DNA of 64,000 bases, taken from contig JAQGDQ010000261.1 of NCBI GenBank assembly GCA_030141605.1, forward strand, positions 184,708-248,707, written 5' to 3'. Below, piece by piece: positions 52,984 through 64,000 of this stretch (position 1 is the stretch's first letter; every line of letters begins with the position of its first letter). The notes beneath the pieces were generated by a model that was not told where the DNA came from, did no database searches, and was given only the letters and a program-made list of their open reading frames with translations. The position numbers and the translations under genes are program-made. The stretch comes from Tubiluchus corallicola (lineage: Eukaryota > Animalia > Priapulida).

Positions 52984-55900
52984 CTACAAAAATAACGGTC
53001 AACTTACCACATGTTTTATTACAGGCAGATCGTAGATTATTACATGCAGATTTCCGTGTACATAGACATTTGGTGTGGAAATCCTCTAAAATTTCTTGCG
53101 AATGACCTTGTTACGTCTAGGTTTCTATTCGTTTGCAGAGACTTAAAAATATTTATACCGATGTTCAGGAACTAAATGCAGACAGCCGCTTCAACTGGGA
53201 AAATAAAGGTAGAAGCAGTAGGACTTGGTATAAAATCAGAATAAATATACACTGTATAAAAAAGCAGTTAGCCACTAAATGTTATATTTTAACCGTGCAC
53301 TATATGTAGGCGTAATAACTACAGCATGACGTGCAAGGGTACATACTTTGAGATTACGCTCTTTTCCGCAGCGGTTAGGAAAATTGTGGTAATATCAGGA
53401 AATGTGTTCTAACTTCTTAGCAACTAAGGAATTCGACGGAAATGTTATATTATCAGGCAAACGACAAGGCAGGTAATTAAGAAACGATAATACCATGTAA
53501 TTTTCTGATTAATGAAGTGTACATGTCAAACCCTCTCCACGTTTTTTTGGGGATCGGACGGGTGTTAAAAAATACTAGGGTATTACATCAAGCGCCTATT
53601 CACTAGGCTGACTTAGTAGATTTTCTTGAGTTGAACAGCAGCCTTTCATCAAGCCAACAGAAGTTGCGGACTAAAGGTGGAATCGCCATATTTTCGTAAT
53701 ATTAATACCTATTGGTAGATTTCGACGACAGTTGCGGGTTAGCTGGAGCCAAATAAGAGATGGAGTTGCTGTAGCGACCGCTGTAGAGTCGGAATTTGAG
53801 GAGGAAAGGAAGAGGTTTCGTTGAAAACGGAGTGGAAGATGATTGGGAAAAATTTTTGACTGTGCTCAAGTGGGATAAGGACTTGAAGTCAATACTTCAA
53901 TGCTTTCTTTCTAATTTACTACAACTTTACTTACGTGTTGTAATAAACTTGTAATCCTTGCTCACCGTAAACAACCCAACCACATCTGGCTTTTGGTGGA
54001 CAGTGCTTCATCCCAGGACCTTTCCATGCTTTATTTTCACGCAATCTTCTCTGCAAAAGTCGATTTTAAGTTTCTTGTCAATAATAGCTCAGTAACCGTT
54101 TACACATACTCCAGTTTACAAAGAAATACAAATATTTAAGGCGTTATAGTCCCGCATTAAACACAGGAAATGATATTGATAAAACAAGAAATACTGTCAT
54201 CGTCGTTGTCATCTTCATCATCATCATCATCATTATCGCTATCATCATCACCATCATGCAGCATCATCGCAAGGTTATAGCCCCTTGACTTGCCTTGCAA
54301 TACAAGGTATAGTTTTATCTTTTTTTACTACATCAAAAGTTGCTTTGTTTTTCCATAGTAAAGCTCGTTTTTTGTAATAACAATAATAATAATAATGATC
54401 GAGGTACATTAAACCTAGAAAAATTCAGCATGAGAATCGATTATGCACATACCGTTTAAGAAATGAAATCGAAGACGAATTACTATTTGTTATAAAATGC
54501 CCACATTACAATGATCTTAGAGTAAAAGTTATATAATCACATCAATGTCATTATACCAGAATTTCAGCCATGCTAATAAATTTTTACTCTTGATGGAATG
54601 TAATGATTCAGAAGTAATTAAGGCATTCATTGTTTATCATGAAAAAGCGTTTTCAAGGCATGATAAACAAAATACTATATAATGATCATATCAGCGAAAA
54701 TGAGGCCAGATGAGTGACAATCTATTTTAAATAGTAATCATTAAACTCTTCATTTAAATAACTAAAATAACCAGCAGGAAGTGTTTTACAATATTTGTTT
54801 TATCAGTAATTGTTTTGTTTGTTTGCAGTGTCACTATATTTCAAAATTAAAATTTTATGTATATCTTGTTTTTTCTTGTATTGAATGTAGTTTTCTCACT
54901 AATAAATACGCTAATAAATGAATAATGATGATGATGATGATGATGATGATCACGATGACGATGGCAATGATGGTGGTGATGACGATGATGATGATGGTGA
55001 TGATGATGATGATGATGGTGGTGATGATGATGATGGTGGTGGTGGTGGTGATGATGATGATGATGATGATGATGATGGTGATATACCCTCTACATGTTAT
55101 ACATTAGAACACATTCAGACTAGCGAGTTTTCTTTCTGTGAAAGCAAACTGTGTGAGCGCAACTCGCAGTAACTTGTAGCAAATTTTGAACACGCTTACG
55201 AGCTCTTTGGCGAGAATATTCGCTAGCCTGAACGCAAAGTTATTTATGTGTTGCGTCCTTAACTATATTGTTGTAAGTTCCTAAATAACCGTTAGTGCTA
55301 AAGTTGTTTGTTAAAGGAGTGACGGTGAACAAATGTTATCTTTGTCTTTTTTGTCTTTATTTTTGTCGTTGTTGTTGTCGCTGTTGTTGTGCAGTGGTTA
55401 ACGCAAGCTTATGCTCAAATACCGTACTATAACTGTAAATTTCAAAAAATGTACATAGTTAATGTTATCGTGTATAATATATAACAGAATAATAATTACA
55501 ATTATTTTCTAAAAACAAAACTGTACAAATTCACATTCTAAGACTTTGATTCAGTGGCTTCGTAAACAGTTTATTTATTTTTAGTGCTTAATCTTATTTG
55601 TAGATAATTTTTGTATTTTAAGGAATTTGTCTCGAATATTTTATGTACATTTTTAAGATGTGATTTTTATTTTAGTTCTATTTGACTACTGGATGAATGA
55701 CAGGCAATGGTCTGTTTACTTTCTTGCTGTCATGCATGACACACAGTAGTAGGTACAACTTTAGTATTGTTCATGACCATATGATTCTACTGTTTACATT
55801 TACTTATGTATAAAATGTATATATTTATTTTTGTGTTCAATAATAAGTAAAAATAGATAAATAAGAAATTAAAGAATGACACAAGGAATCTTTATCGAAA

Positions 55901-58900
55901 TCTCTCAGAACGGACTTCTGTCTTTCGAATTAAATTTAATGTATTAATCATAATCTAATCGTTAGCAATGTCAAGTACACTATGACAAGTACACTTACAA
56001 TGTAGAAGGGGTCCACAGCAAATGACATTTCGCCCCCGTAATAATAATATCTATACGTAGCAGCTTGAGTTACACATGTAGTTATTTATAATGCGTGATT
56101 GTAAATATTTCATTAAAAGTTCATCAAGCACATTCGATTCAATTCACGCTTGTGTTTCAGACTTTAAGTCCATATTAAAACACATAAAAATTAGTAAAAT
56201 ACACAAGACATAATATAATATAACTTATATTCAAGCCGCGCTTAGTTGCATTCAAAATAACTTGAGGCAGATGTAAAAAATATTGAATCATAATAAAATA
56301 AGCAATATACGCCCACTCATTCTACTCATTAATTCTAATAATGACAATTATAAGGTGAACTCATCGTGTATGTTTATATAACGTTCTGTTATAGTCACAC
56401 TCAACCACGAAATGAACGTACTATGAACACACAGCTTTACACTAATTGCTTTTACTGAAAACATAACGGTATCCCTAATGTACAATTTAGCAAACTGAGA
56501 TTACATTAGGGAACAGGCCAATGCAGTAAATTTATATAAATGAGGATGCTCTCGAATAAAAATTTGTGTTTTAATATACTCCAAGAAACGTACAAGTCAC
56601 TTGCAGCCTTGTTTAATTCAATTTACTGTATTAAGTTTCAAACACGGGCTTTGCCTATAATAACTTATTAAACTTAAAGGAAAACCGGATGACTGTGTAG
56701 ACATTAGTTCAAAACAAAGTATGCTTTAAAGTATTGAAAACTACAATAGCTTTTTTAAAATAACAATTACCTCGGATAGATAAATTTTGTTAAACTTTCA
56801 AAGCTGAGGACTGCTCAGCGAATCCGCTAAGACTGGCAATGGCGCCTTTTTGTCACATTTCGCTTGGCCGACCCGACAAATAGGCGCAATATCGTGATAA
56901 ACATGATCATGAAATTCAGTGCTCGTCTATGACGTTCAATCCATTTTCATGATATCACATCAGCGTATTATAGCAATATTCGCTTACGCAAACGTGCTTG
57001 ACGCGCAGGGAAGATGCCCAATTGCACAAATTTACGGTGGTTATAGCTGGGTTCGATTGCCGTTAATTAACTTTCCAACTAACTATTCTAATATTTATAT
57101 TAACTATAGAAAGAATTGCTAACTTTTATAGGCAAGAAAATGTATATTTTGGACAGTAAATTAAAATGAGATTGTGTCTAACAATAGTTTTCCGTTAACA
57201 TTAAAAAGTTTATAACGAGAGCACTGCGTTTGGGATTACCATTACACGTCTAGATAGCTCTACTATTCATAGAGTAATGAGCAACATGTCATTGAAAACA
57301 ATTAAACAGCAATTAAAAAAGTCACCGACACTCTTAGCAAACTGTTATATTATCTGTGGGTTGAACTGTTGTCCTTGCAATGAGCTCTCCTGCCGGTACA
57401 AACCGCTGGTATCCTTGTCCGCTTGTAGCTTACTAATGGACTAATCATATTGTAATCAATGGAAGTGTTAAAATAGCTTATACGTAATAGCTGCTGCGTG
57501 ATTGGAAGCACGTGTCGGCGAAAAAATAGCCACTGGTCAGAAACGGCTACGTGCTCAAATGCACAAACCTACAAGCATCCTGCCGAAACGTGTTACAGAT
57601 TTTATAACGTGCGTTGCTATAAATAACTATGACACCCTTGCCTGACTGCGGCAGCTTTTCGCAAGTATAATAAAGACAATTTATACGCAAATCCTGAAGT
57701 ACTTTCCAACTTTCATTACGCGCGTACGCATAATTATTTTCAATATTATACTTGTTCCATCGATTTTTTTTTATAGAGCTAGGCGTTTTTAAAAGCTACA
57801 GCCAGCGCTCGACGGCAACTTACATAACGCAAACAACGCAAACAATGCAAACAATGCAAACAATGGAGTCGGACCGGAACCTGTCTCAAGAATAATTTTC
57901 TGAAACGTGAAACTGGATTGACAGAGATATAGCTGTTTGGATGCGTATGCACCCACCCTCAAGCGTGAGTGGTATATCCTCCGATTATGTTTGCATTTTA
58001 GTACACTGAGAGTGCCTCTCTTGTTTTGAAAAACAAGCCAAAAATCAGTAAAATATTGAGAAAAAAACTAGGTAATGAAAAGTTGGGTACGAAACAAATG
58101 AACAATTAAATACGCCGATTCGTCTCAGCGTCACAAGTCGTGCAAACAATGTAGTTTTCTATTCTGTAATAAAAAGAGCTTGTTTTTTTTTTATTCATAA
58201 GTTTTCCTTGATTAAATAGACAAACGAGACGCGCAGATAAACAAATGGAAAAAGTATGGCGCCATTTGAACAAAACTAAGACGAATAACATTATTATTAT
58301 ACAATGACTTAAAAAGCTAACTGATTTAAAAATTTGCTATGCGAATTTTTACAATTTAATGAAGCTAGTCACTGATAAGACCCCTAAACAGTAAGAATTA
58401 ATAAATAATCCAATACAGAATTTATCAATGAACATCAGCCCTAAATAAAAATGACGTGACAATTTTAATCGTTCTATTATTAAATTAATTATGCATTAAA
58501 TTTATTCCAGTAAATTTTACATTAATGAACATCATTATACTAAAGATAGTGTCAGTTGTATAATAATGCTTATTAATTATCAATATAATGCTTATTAATT
58601 CACTGTTGACAATGTTGGCCCATATCACATGACCAGCGTCACGACTTTTTAAAACATATTTATCTACATTTTTATCGATATAAAAACTACAAGCTTGCAC
58701 ACATTGTTTAAACTTTTATTCATTATGTTCGGTTTGTCGTTACTATATCGTCGAAAATGTCAGATCAAGTTTACCTATCAAAAACGTATTGATTGTATAT
58801 TTAATTTACCCCGGTTCCCACTCTTATAAAAACTCTTTAATAGGTATTCAAATCAGAACACAGTTAGCAAATGATCTTTGTATCGCAACTGGCAACTTTT

Positions 58901-60710
58901 GATCCCTATCACATGGCATAGTCTGCATGGTTTAAACTGCATACGTTTCACAAAATTTGATATTTCTTCTCGTATTCTCGGTCATTCTACAACTCGTTAC
59001 AGTATAGGGCTATTTCAGTATGCGAATCGTCAGACTGTGGCGCGGCTACGTGGCAAGCGCTTGAACTACAAAACTAGAGCGAAAGAGAATCGCATGATCG
59101 CGCGGCACGTTTCTGCTAAGTCATTCACCTGCTCACCCACGCACTCTGCAGCTCTTACACGCTGGAAATGACGAAATAACCGAACGTTATTGCACGTCGG
59201 AGATTCCAAGAAATCTCCCCTTTTTGGCGCGAATTCAGACATTTGTCCGGCTTAGTTTCAGTAGGTCTTTATGCAAACACAATGAAACGAAGGCCAATCA
59301 TTTGTGTCATCAGTGCCATATGTCTAATAAGAAATTTCCAAAATGCCTCTTAACAAATAAAAATTAAAAGACGTTAGAACTTCTGCTTGAGAAAAAAATC
59401 CGAAAACTTTATCTAGACAATAGGTCTATTCATGGTATTACCAATTATTAATAAAAATTTAATGATGATGATACAATGATGCAATTTCTAAACCACCAGA
59501 CTTAATTACTGGGGGAATATCAATAACACAGGGTCGTTTTCTCAGGTGAAGACGGGATTCCGGGTCAATGACTGGATAAGGTAATCTTTATAAAGCCTAG
59601 TCTCGTCTTCCTTTTCAATGCTCTGTCTTGTCAGTTAAAGTGTGTCGCAATCTGCAGGTTTTCAGCGTGAGTCATTGGAGGGCGAGCGTCAAGTGTGTAA
59701 ACGAATCTGTTTGAACTAGAGAGCTTCAAACTAGAGAGTAGAGAGACTGAAGATTTTTGGAAAATTGCTCTACTTGCAAATAAGAGCCATCTCTTGGCTT
59801 ATATTCTGCTATTGCAGTAATAAAAGCTAATATCCTAATTAATATCCGAAATGAAATCAAAGCAAAATAGGAAACCGAGGAAATTCAGGAAACACATAAT
59901 TTTTGAATAAACCAGCATTTTCTCAGCAGAACAGTGAAACAACTATAATTCTGTACATAAAAAAAGTCACAAACTTAATAAAATTTCACAGTATTTATAA
60001 GTTCCTGTCCTAGACGTAGATTATTTAATAAACTATTCATATACATAAAACACAATATCCACTTTATTTATTTATTTATTTATTTATCTGTACGTTTTAT
60101 TTATATGTCCTTCGTTTTTGTACCTTTTTATTCATTTATCTTGTTATCAAACCTTCATTGATCATTCCTGATCTTCCTTTCTTCCTGCAAGCATTCATTT
60201 CTCGTTTTTTCGTTTAATTTGGTTTAATAAATTATTAATACGTCATTATTTTTAACAATCATCTGAGTTACTAGATTTTTACGAGATAATTTCTTAATCT
60301 ATTTTATTTTAATTCTGTATGACGAATTGAGCATTGATTACCAAAAATATGTAGCATGTCGAACATCACTTACTTTTTATACGTTTTAAAGTTTTTGTCA
60401 ACTGAATCGGAAGATGAAATTTTTAATTTTAAATTCATTAAAATCATAAACTAGCAAAATATGAAAATTTGAAACCAGTGTGGACAAGTATATTACACTC
60501 AAATCTATGCTCGCAAACAAGATAAAAACAAGGATAATGTAAAAAGCGTTTAAATCAATTAAATTTTCATAAATTAAGATTGAAAAAGACAAAAAATTCA
60601 CTTACTCTGTTGTAGAGTGAAGCAGCTGAAGAGAGCGGCATCAATATCGATAACAAAACGACTAAAAGTAGCACCAACGTTGATATCAATTTTTTAGTGT
60701 CTCTAGTCAT
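52878..60710 (-). CDS. Gene C: secreted six-cysteine peptide precursor, 108 aa, 3 coding exons
   Basis: Exons 60710-60606 (phase 0), 54050-53935 (phase 2), 52983-52878; GT-AG; spliced ORF MTRDTKKLISTLVLLLVVLLSILMPLSSAASLYNRRRLRENKAWKGPGMKHCPPKARCGWVVYGEQGLQVYYNTCSCSTGFRCRKDEFDPSRRAVVYRCKPLSNLRKR*. Confidence 0.85.
53935..54050 (-). CDS. Gene C exon 2
   Basis: ttttgcag|AGAAGA..CAACAC|gtaagt, 116 nt; RRLRENK..CPPKARCGWVVY. Confidence 0.85.
54197..54270. repeat. Imperfect (CAT)n microsatellite
   Basis: Direct observation. Confidence 0.8.
54398..54920 (+). mobile_element. LINE 3' remnant (C-terminal Cys/His knuckle region plus 3'UTR)
   Basis: ENRLCT..EIEDELLFVIKCPHYNDLR motif; followed by AATAAA and a (GAT)n tract. 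Confidence 0.55.
54918..55081. repeat. (GAT/GGT)n microsatellite
   Basis: Direct observation. Confidence 0.93.
60606..60710 (-). CDS. Gene C exon 1: signal peptide
   Basis: accatcATG context; hydrophobic core; AGA|gtaagt donor. Confidence 0.85.
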
Positions 60711-60819
60711 GATGGTTGGTAGCAATGTTCCTTGTAATTGTCCAGAAAATTCCAGAACAACTTCACGAAGCACACTGGAGTGGAACGCGATTCGAACACT
60801 GTTATTTAGTCTTAACCCT

Positions 60820-60925
60820 CAACACTGAATCCTTACTGAATCGTGTCTCAGAGATAATACGTACCGCTATTATATTTCTGTCTTAAACAGACCTAGAGCG
60901 GTGACGTAAACGTCACGTGATCACT
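60820..60925 (-). promoter_or_regulatory. Putative core promoter of gene C (Inr-like TCAGT, TATAAT, CRE-like and E-box sites)
   Basis: Minus strand TTCAGT at ~60837 and ~60826; TATAATA 60874-60868 (about -37, slightly far); TGACGTAAACGTCACGTG at ~60902-60919. Confidence 0.5.
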
Positions 60926-61492
60926 CACCGAGGCACACGATGTCGAAGTTTATCCATGTAAACCGAAGAAAAAATCTAAGAAAGATCTTCGGCTAATTTC
61001 GTTTCTTTTATTAAAGCGCTGCTTTTATTTTATTTTATTTAAAGAAAATAATCACAGATGGCGAGACCACGTTTCCATAGGAGTTCTCTCGTCCGACAGA
61101 TCTTTATATTTATAGCCAATTGACACTTATGTAACAATATGAAGGCAATTCCCCCACACTTTAAAACGACCAGTTGATATAAGCTTATTAATCGTATTGT
61201 AAATTTGGATAGGCATTGGAATATTTAGCTGAGTTCTGCGTGATTAAGATAATTGTAACCCTTTAACATGGTTCCGGTATGGAAAACCTTGACGCCATCT
61301 AGTGGCAAAAAAATAAACAATTTATTGAAGCTGAGATTTTAACAAATTAGGTCTACTGTTCATGTTTATCGCACAGTAAATTGACACACAAACTATCATT
61401 TTTTAAAAAAACGTTAAAAACAGGCGGCGATAAAAATTATTTTGTGAAAATCCCCCAACGAAGCAAACATTTTTTATCACTTCAAATTATCA

Positions 61493-63269
61493 CTAGTACA
61501 GTAACTAACCAACACCCCATGGCATGCTTGAATGGTCTAGTACAGTAAACAACACACCCCATGGCATGCTTGAATGGTCTAGTACAGTAACAAACAACAC
61601 ACCCATGGCATGCTTGAATGGTCTAGTACAGTAAACAACACACCCCATGGCATGCTTGAATGGTCTAGTACAGTAACACCAACACACCCCATGGCATGCT
61701 TGAATGGTCTAGTACAGTAACCAACACACACAATGGCATGCTTGAATGGTCTAGTACAGTAACCAACACACCCCATGGCATGCTTGAATGGTCTAGTACA
61801 GTAACCAACACACCCCATGGCATGCTTGAATGGTCTAGTACAGTAACCAACACACCCCATGGCATGCTTGAATGGTCTAGTACAGTAACCAACACACCCC
61901 ATGGCATGCTTGAATGGTCTAGTACAGTAACCAACACACCCCATGGCATGCTTGAATGGTCTAGTACAGTAACCAACACACACATGGCATGCTTGAATGG
62001 TCTAGTACAGTAACCAACACACCCCATGGCATGCTTGAATGGTCTAGTACAGTAAACAACACACCCCATGGCATGCTTGAATGGCCTAGTACAGTAACCA
62101 ACACCCCATGGCATGCTTGAATGGTCTAGTACAGTAACCAACACCCCCACACAACACAAACACCCCCACACAACAACAAACAACACACCCCCCACAACCA
62201 ACAAAACAACACACCCCATGGCATGCTTGAATGGCCTAGTACAGTAACCAACACACCCCCATGGCATGCTTGAATGGCCCAGTACAGTAACCAACACACC
62301 ACATGGCAGGCTTGAATGGTCTAGTACAGTAACCAACACACCCCATGGCATGCTTGAATGGTCTAGTACAGTAACCAACACACCCCATGGCATGCTTGAA
62401 TGGTCTAGTACAGTAACCAACACATCCCATGGCATGCTGCTTGAATGGTCTAGTACAGTAACCAGCACACCCCATGGCATGCTTGAATGGCCCAGTACAG
62501 TAACCAACACACCCCATGGCATGCTTGAATGGTCTAGTACAGTAACCAACACACCACATGGCAGGCTTGAATGGTCTAGTACAGTAACCAACACACCCCC
62601 ATGGCATGCTTGAATGGTCTAGTACAGTAACCAACACACCCCATGGCATGCTTGAATGGTCTAGTACAGTAAACAACACACCCCATGGCATGCTTGAATG
62701 GTCTAGTACAGTAACCAACACGCCCCATGGCATGCTTGAATGGTCCAGTACAGTAACCAACACGCCCCATGGCATGCTTGAATGGTCTAGTACAGTAAAC
62801 AACACACCCCCATGGCATGCTTGAATAGTAGTACAGTAAACAACACACCCATGGCATGCTTGAATGGCCTAGTACAGTAACCAACACACCCATGGCATGC
62901 TTGAATGGTCCAGTACAGTCCAACACACCCCATGGCAGGTTTGAATGGTCCAGTACAATAACCAACACCCCATGGCATGCTTGAATGGTCTAGTACAGTA
63001 ACCAACACACCCCATGGCATGTAGATAGTCTAGTACAGTAACCAACACACCCCCACAAACAGTACAGTAACCAACACACCCCCATGGCATGCTTGAATGG
63101 TCTAGTACAGTAACCAACACACCACATGGCAGGCTTGAATGGTCTAGTACAGTAACCAACACACCCCCATGGCATGCTTGAATGGTCAAGTACAGTAACC
63201 AACACACCCCATGGCATGCTTGAATGGTCTAGTACAGTAACCAACACACCCCATGGCATGCTTGAATGG
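61493..63269. repeat. Tandem minisatellite, 42-bp unit CTAGTACAGTAACCAACACACCCCATGGCATGCTTGAATGGT, about 40 copies
   Basis: Direct observation; 14-aa periodicity in the spurious ORFs confirms 42 bp. Confidence 0.97.
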
Positions 63270-63700
63270 CAGTCTGCTAGGAATCCAGCACAGCAATCTA
63301 ACCTTGTAATACTTGAGCAGGCTGCATAAATCTATAAGTAATGAGACCACTGCTCTCAGATTAAACATTGTGAACAAGAGAGAGAGATATAGTTATATAT
63401 ACACAGTCGACTGGCTGCTATGCTCAGCTGATTGTATCCGAGGACACAGTTAAGGAGTGAGATAAGGTTGTTCGAAGGTTAAACTCTTTATGAGAAATCT
63501 GCTCGTCAGACTTTTCTGTTCAACGGTCACGTTTCGAAAAATTGATAAACTATTTAATGAAATTTCAATTCCCTGGCGTATACACCACTACCCGATCCTA
63601 ATAGCAGGCTGAGGTATAGCACAACATCAGTACATTGGCATAAATGCTAATTCTGGCTTTCATACTGACTTATATATCTTCGAATAATCACAGAATAGAA

Positions 63701-63999
63701 CAGTGGTTCCCAAAGTAGGGGTAAATTACCCCCCGGGGGTAATATGGTTTTTTTTTGGGGGGGGGGGGTAACGGGCACCCTCTGAAAATTTTTAAATTTT
63801 AATTCTTGTTTTGACAACAATACAACAACAACACCTGGAAATTTATTTATGTCAGGAGCAAACATAAATAATTTTGCTTGCTTGTGGCATATACGTGTGT
63901 TTACTTTTTGAGTTGGAGAAGTAGTACTAGGTGGGGGGTAATGGACACGACCGGGTTTCCCGATTTGGGTAACGGTCCGAGAAAGTTTGGGAACCACTG
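63701..63999. mobile_element. hAT (Charlie-type) MITE
   Basis: Perfect 14-bp TIR CAGTGGTTCCCAAA / TTTGGGAACCACTG; TSD not checkable because the window ends. Confidence 0.8.
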
Positions 64000-64000
64000 T

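Noticed and set aside
52817-53002. ORF-track protein MTVIFVGAP...
   Set aside because: Wrong frame; the splice-supported frame of this segment is gene C exon 3
54918-55172. Poly-Asp and poly-Met ORFs
   Set aside because: Translations of a (GAT)n microsatellite on the opposite strand within gene C intron 1
61493-63269. CRISPR-like array (conserved ~30-bp repeat plus variable linker) and the long repetitive ORFs across it
   Set aside because: Linkers are only 10-14 nt and near-identical rather than unique spacers; no cas genes; eukaryotic context. The ORFs arise because the 42-bp unit is a multiple of three.

Overview
AT-rich, intron-containing animal (probably invertebrate) genomic DNA, not prokaryotic, so most entries in the ORF track are partial exons or noise. 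Manual GT-AG splicing yields three genes. (1) Gene A (+, 65..11000, 5' end outside the window) and (2) its tandem paralog gene B (+, 18248..38179, ~760 aa) encode type-I transmembrane immunoglobulin-superfamily receptors of the nephrin/Kirre/Fasciclin-III-like type. They share exon architecture, two membrane-proximal Ig-like domains with a non-canonical cysteine pattern, a KKIWCF juxtamembrane motif and long Pro/Thr tails with repeated tyrosine motifs. (3) Gene C (-, 60710..52878, 3 exons, 108 aa) is essentially invisible in the ORF track and encodes a secreted six-cysteine peptide precursor with convertase-like sites and a CRE/TATA-type promoter. The rest is rich in mobile DNA: a three-layer nest (TIR element > CR1 LINE > hAT MITE) in an early intron of gene B, two inverted solo LTRs with 5-bp TSDs, a Penelope element with inverted ends, an RTE-X-like LINE sitting inside a (CT)n microsatellite, MITEs, a tRNA-like element, microsatellites and a 42-bp satellite array. 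All calls are by eye and no searches were run.
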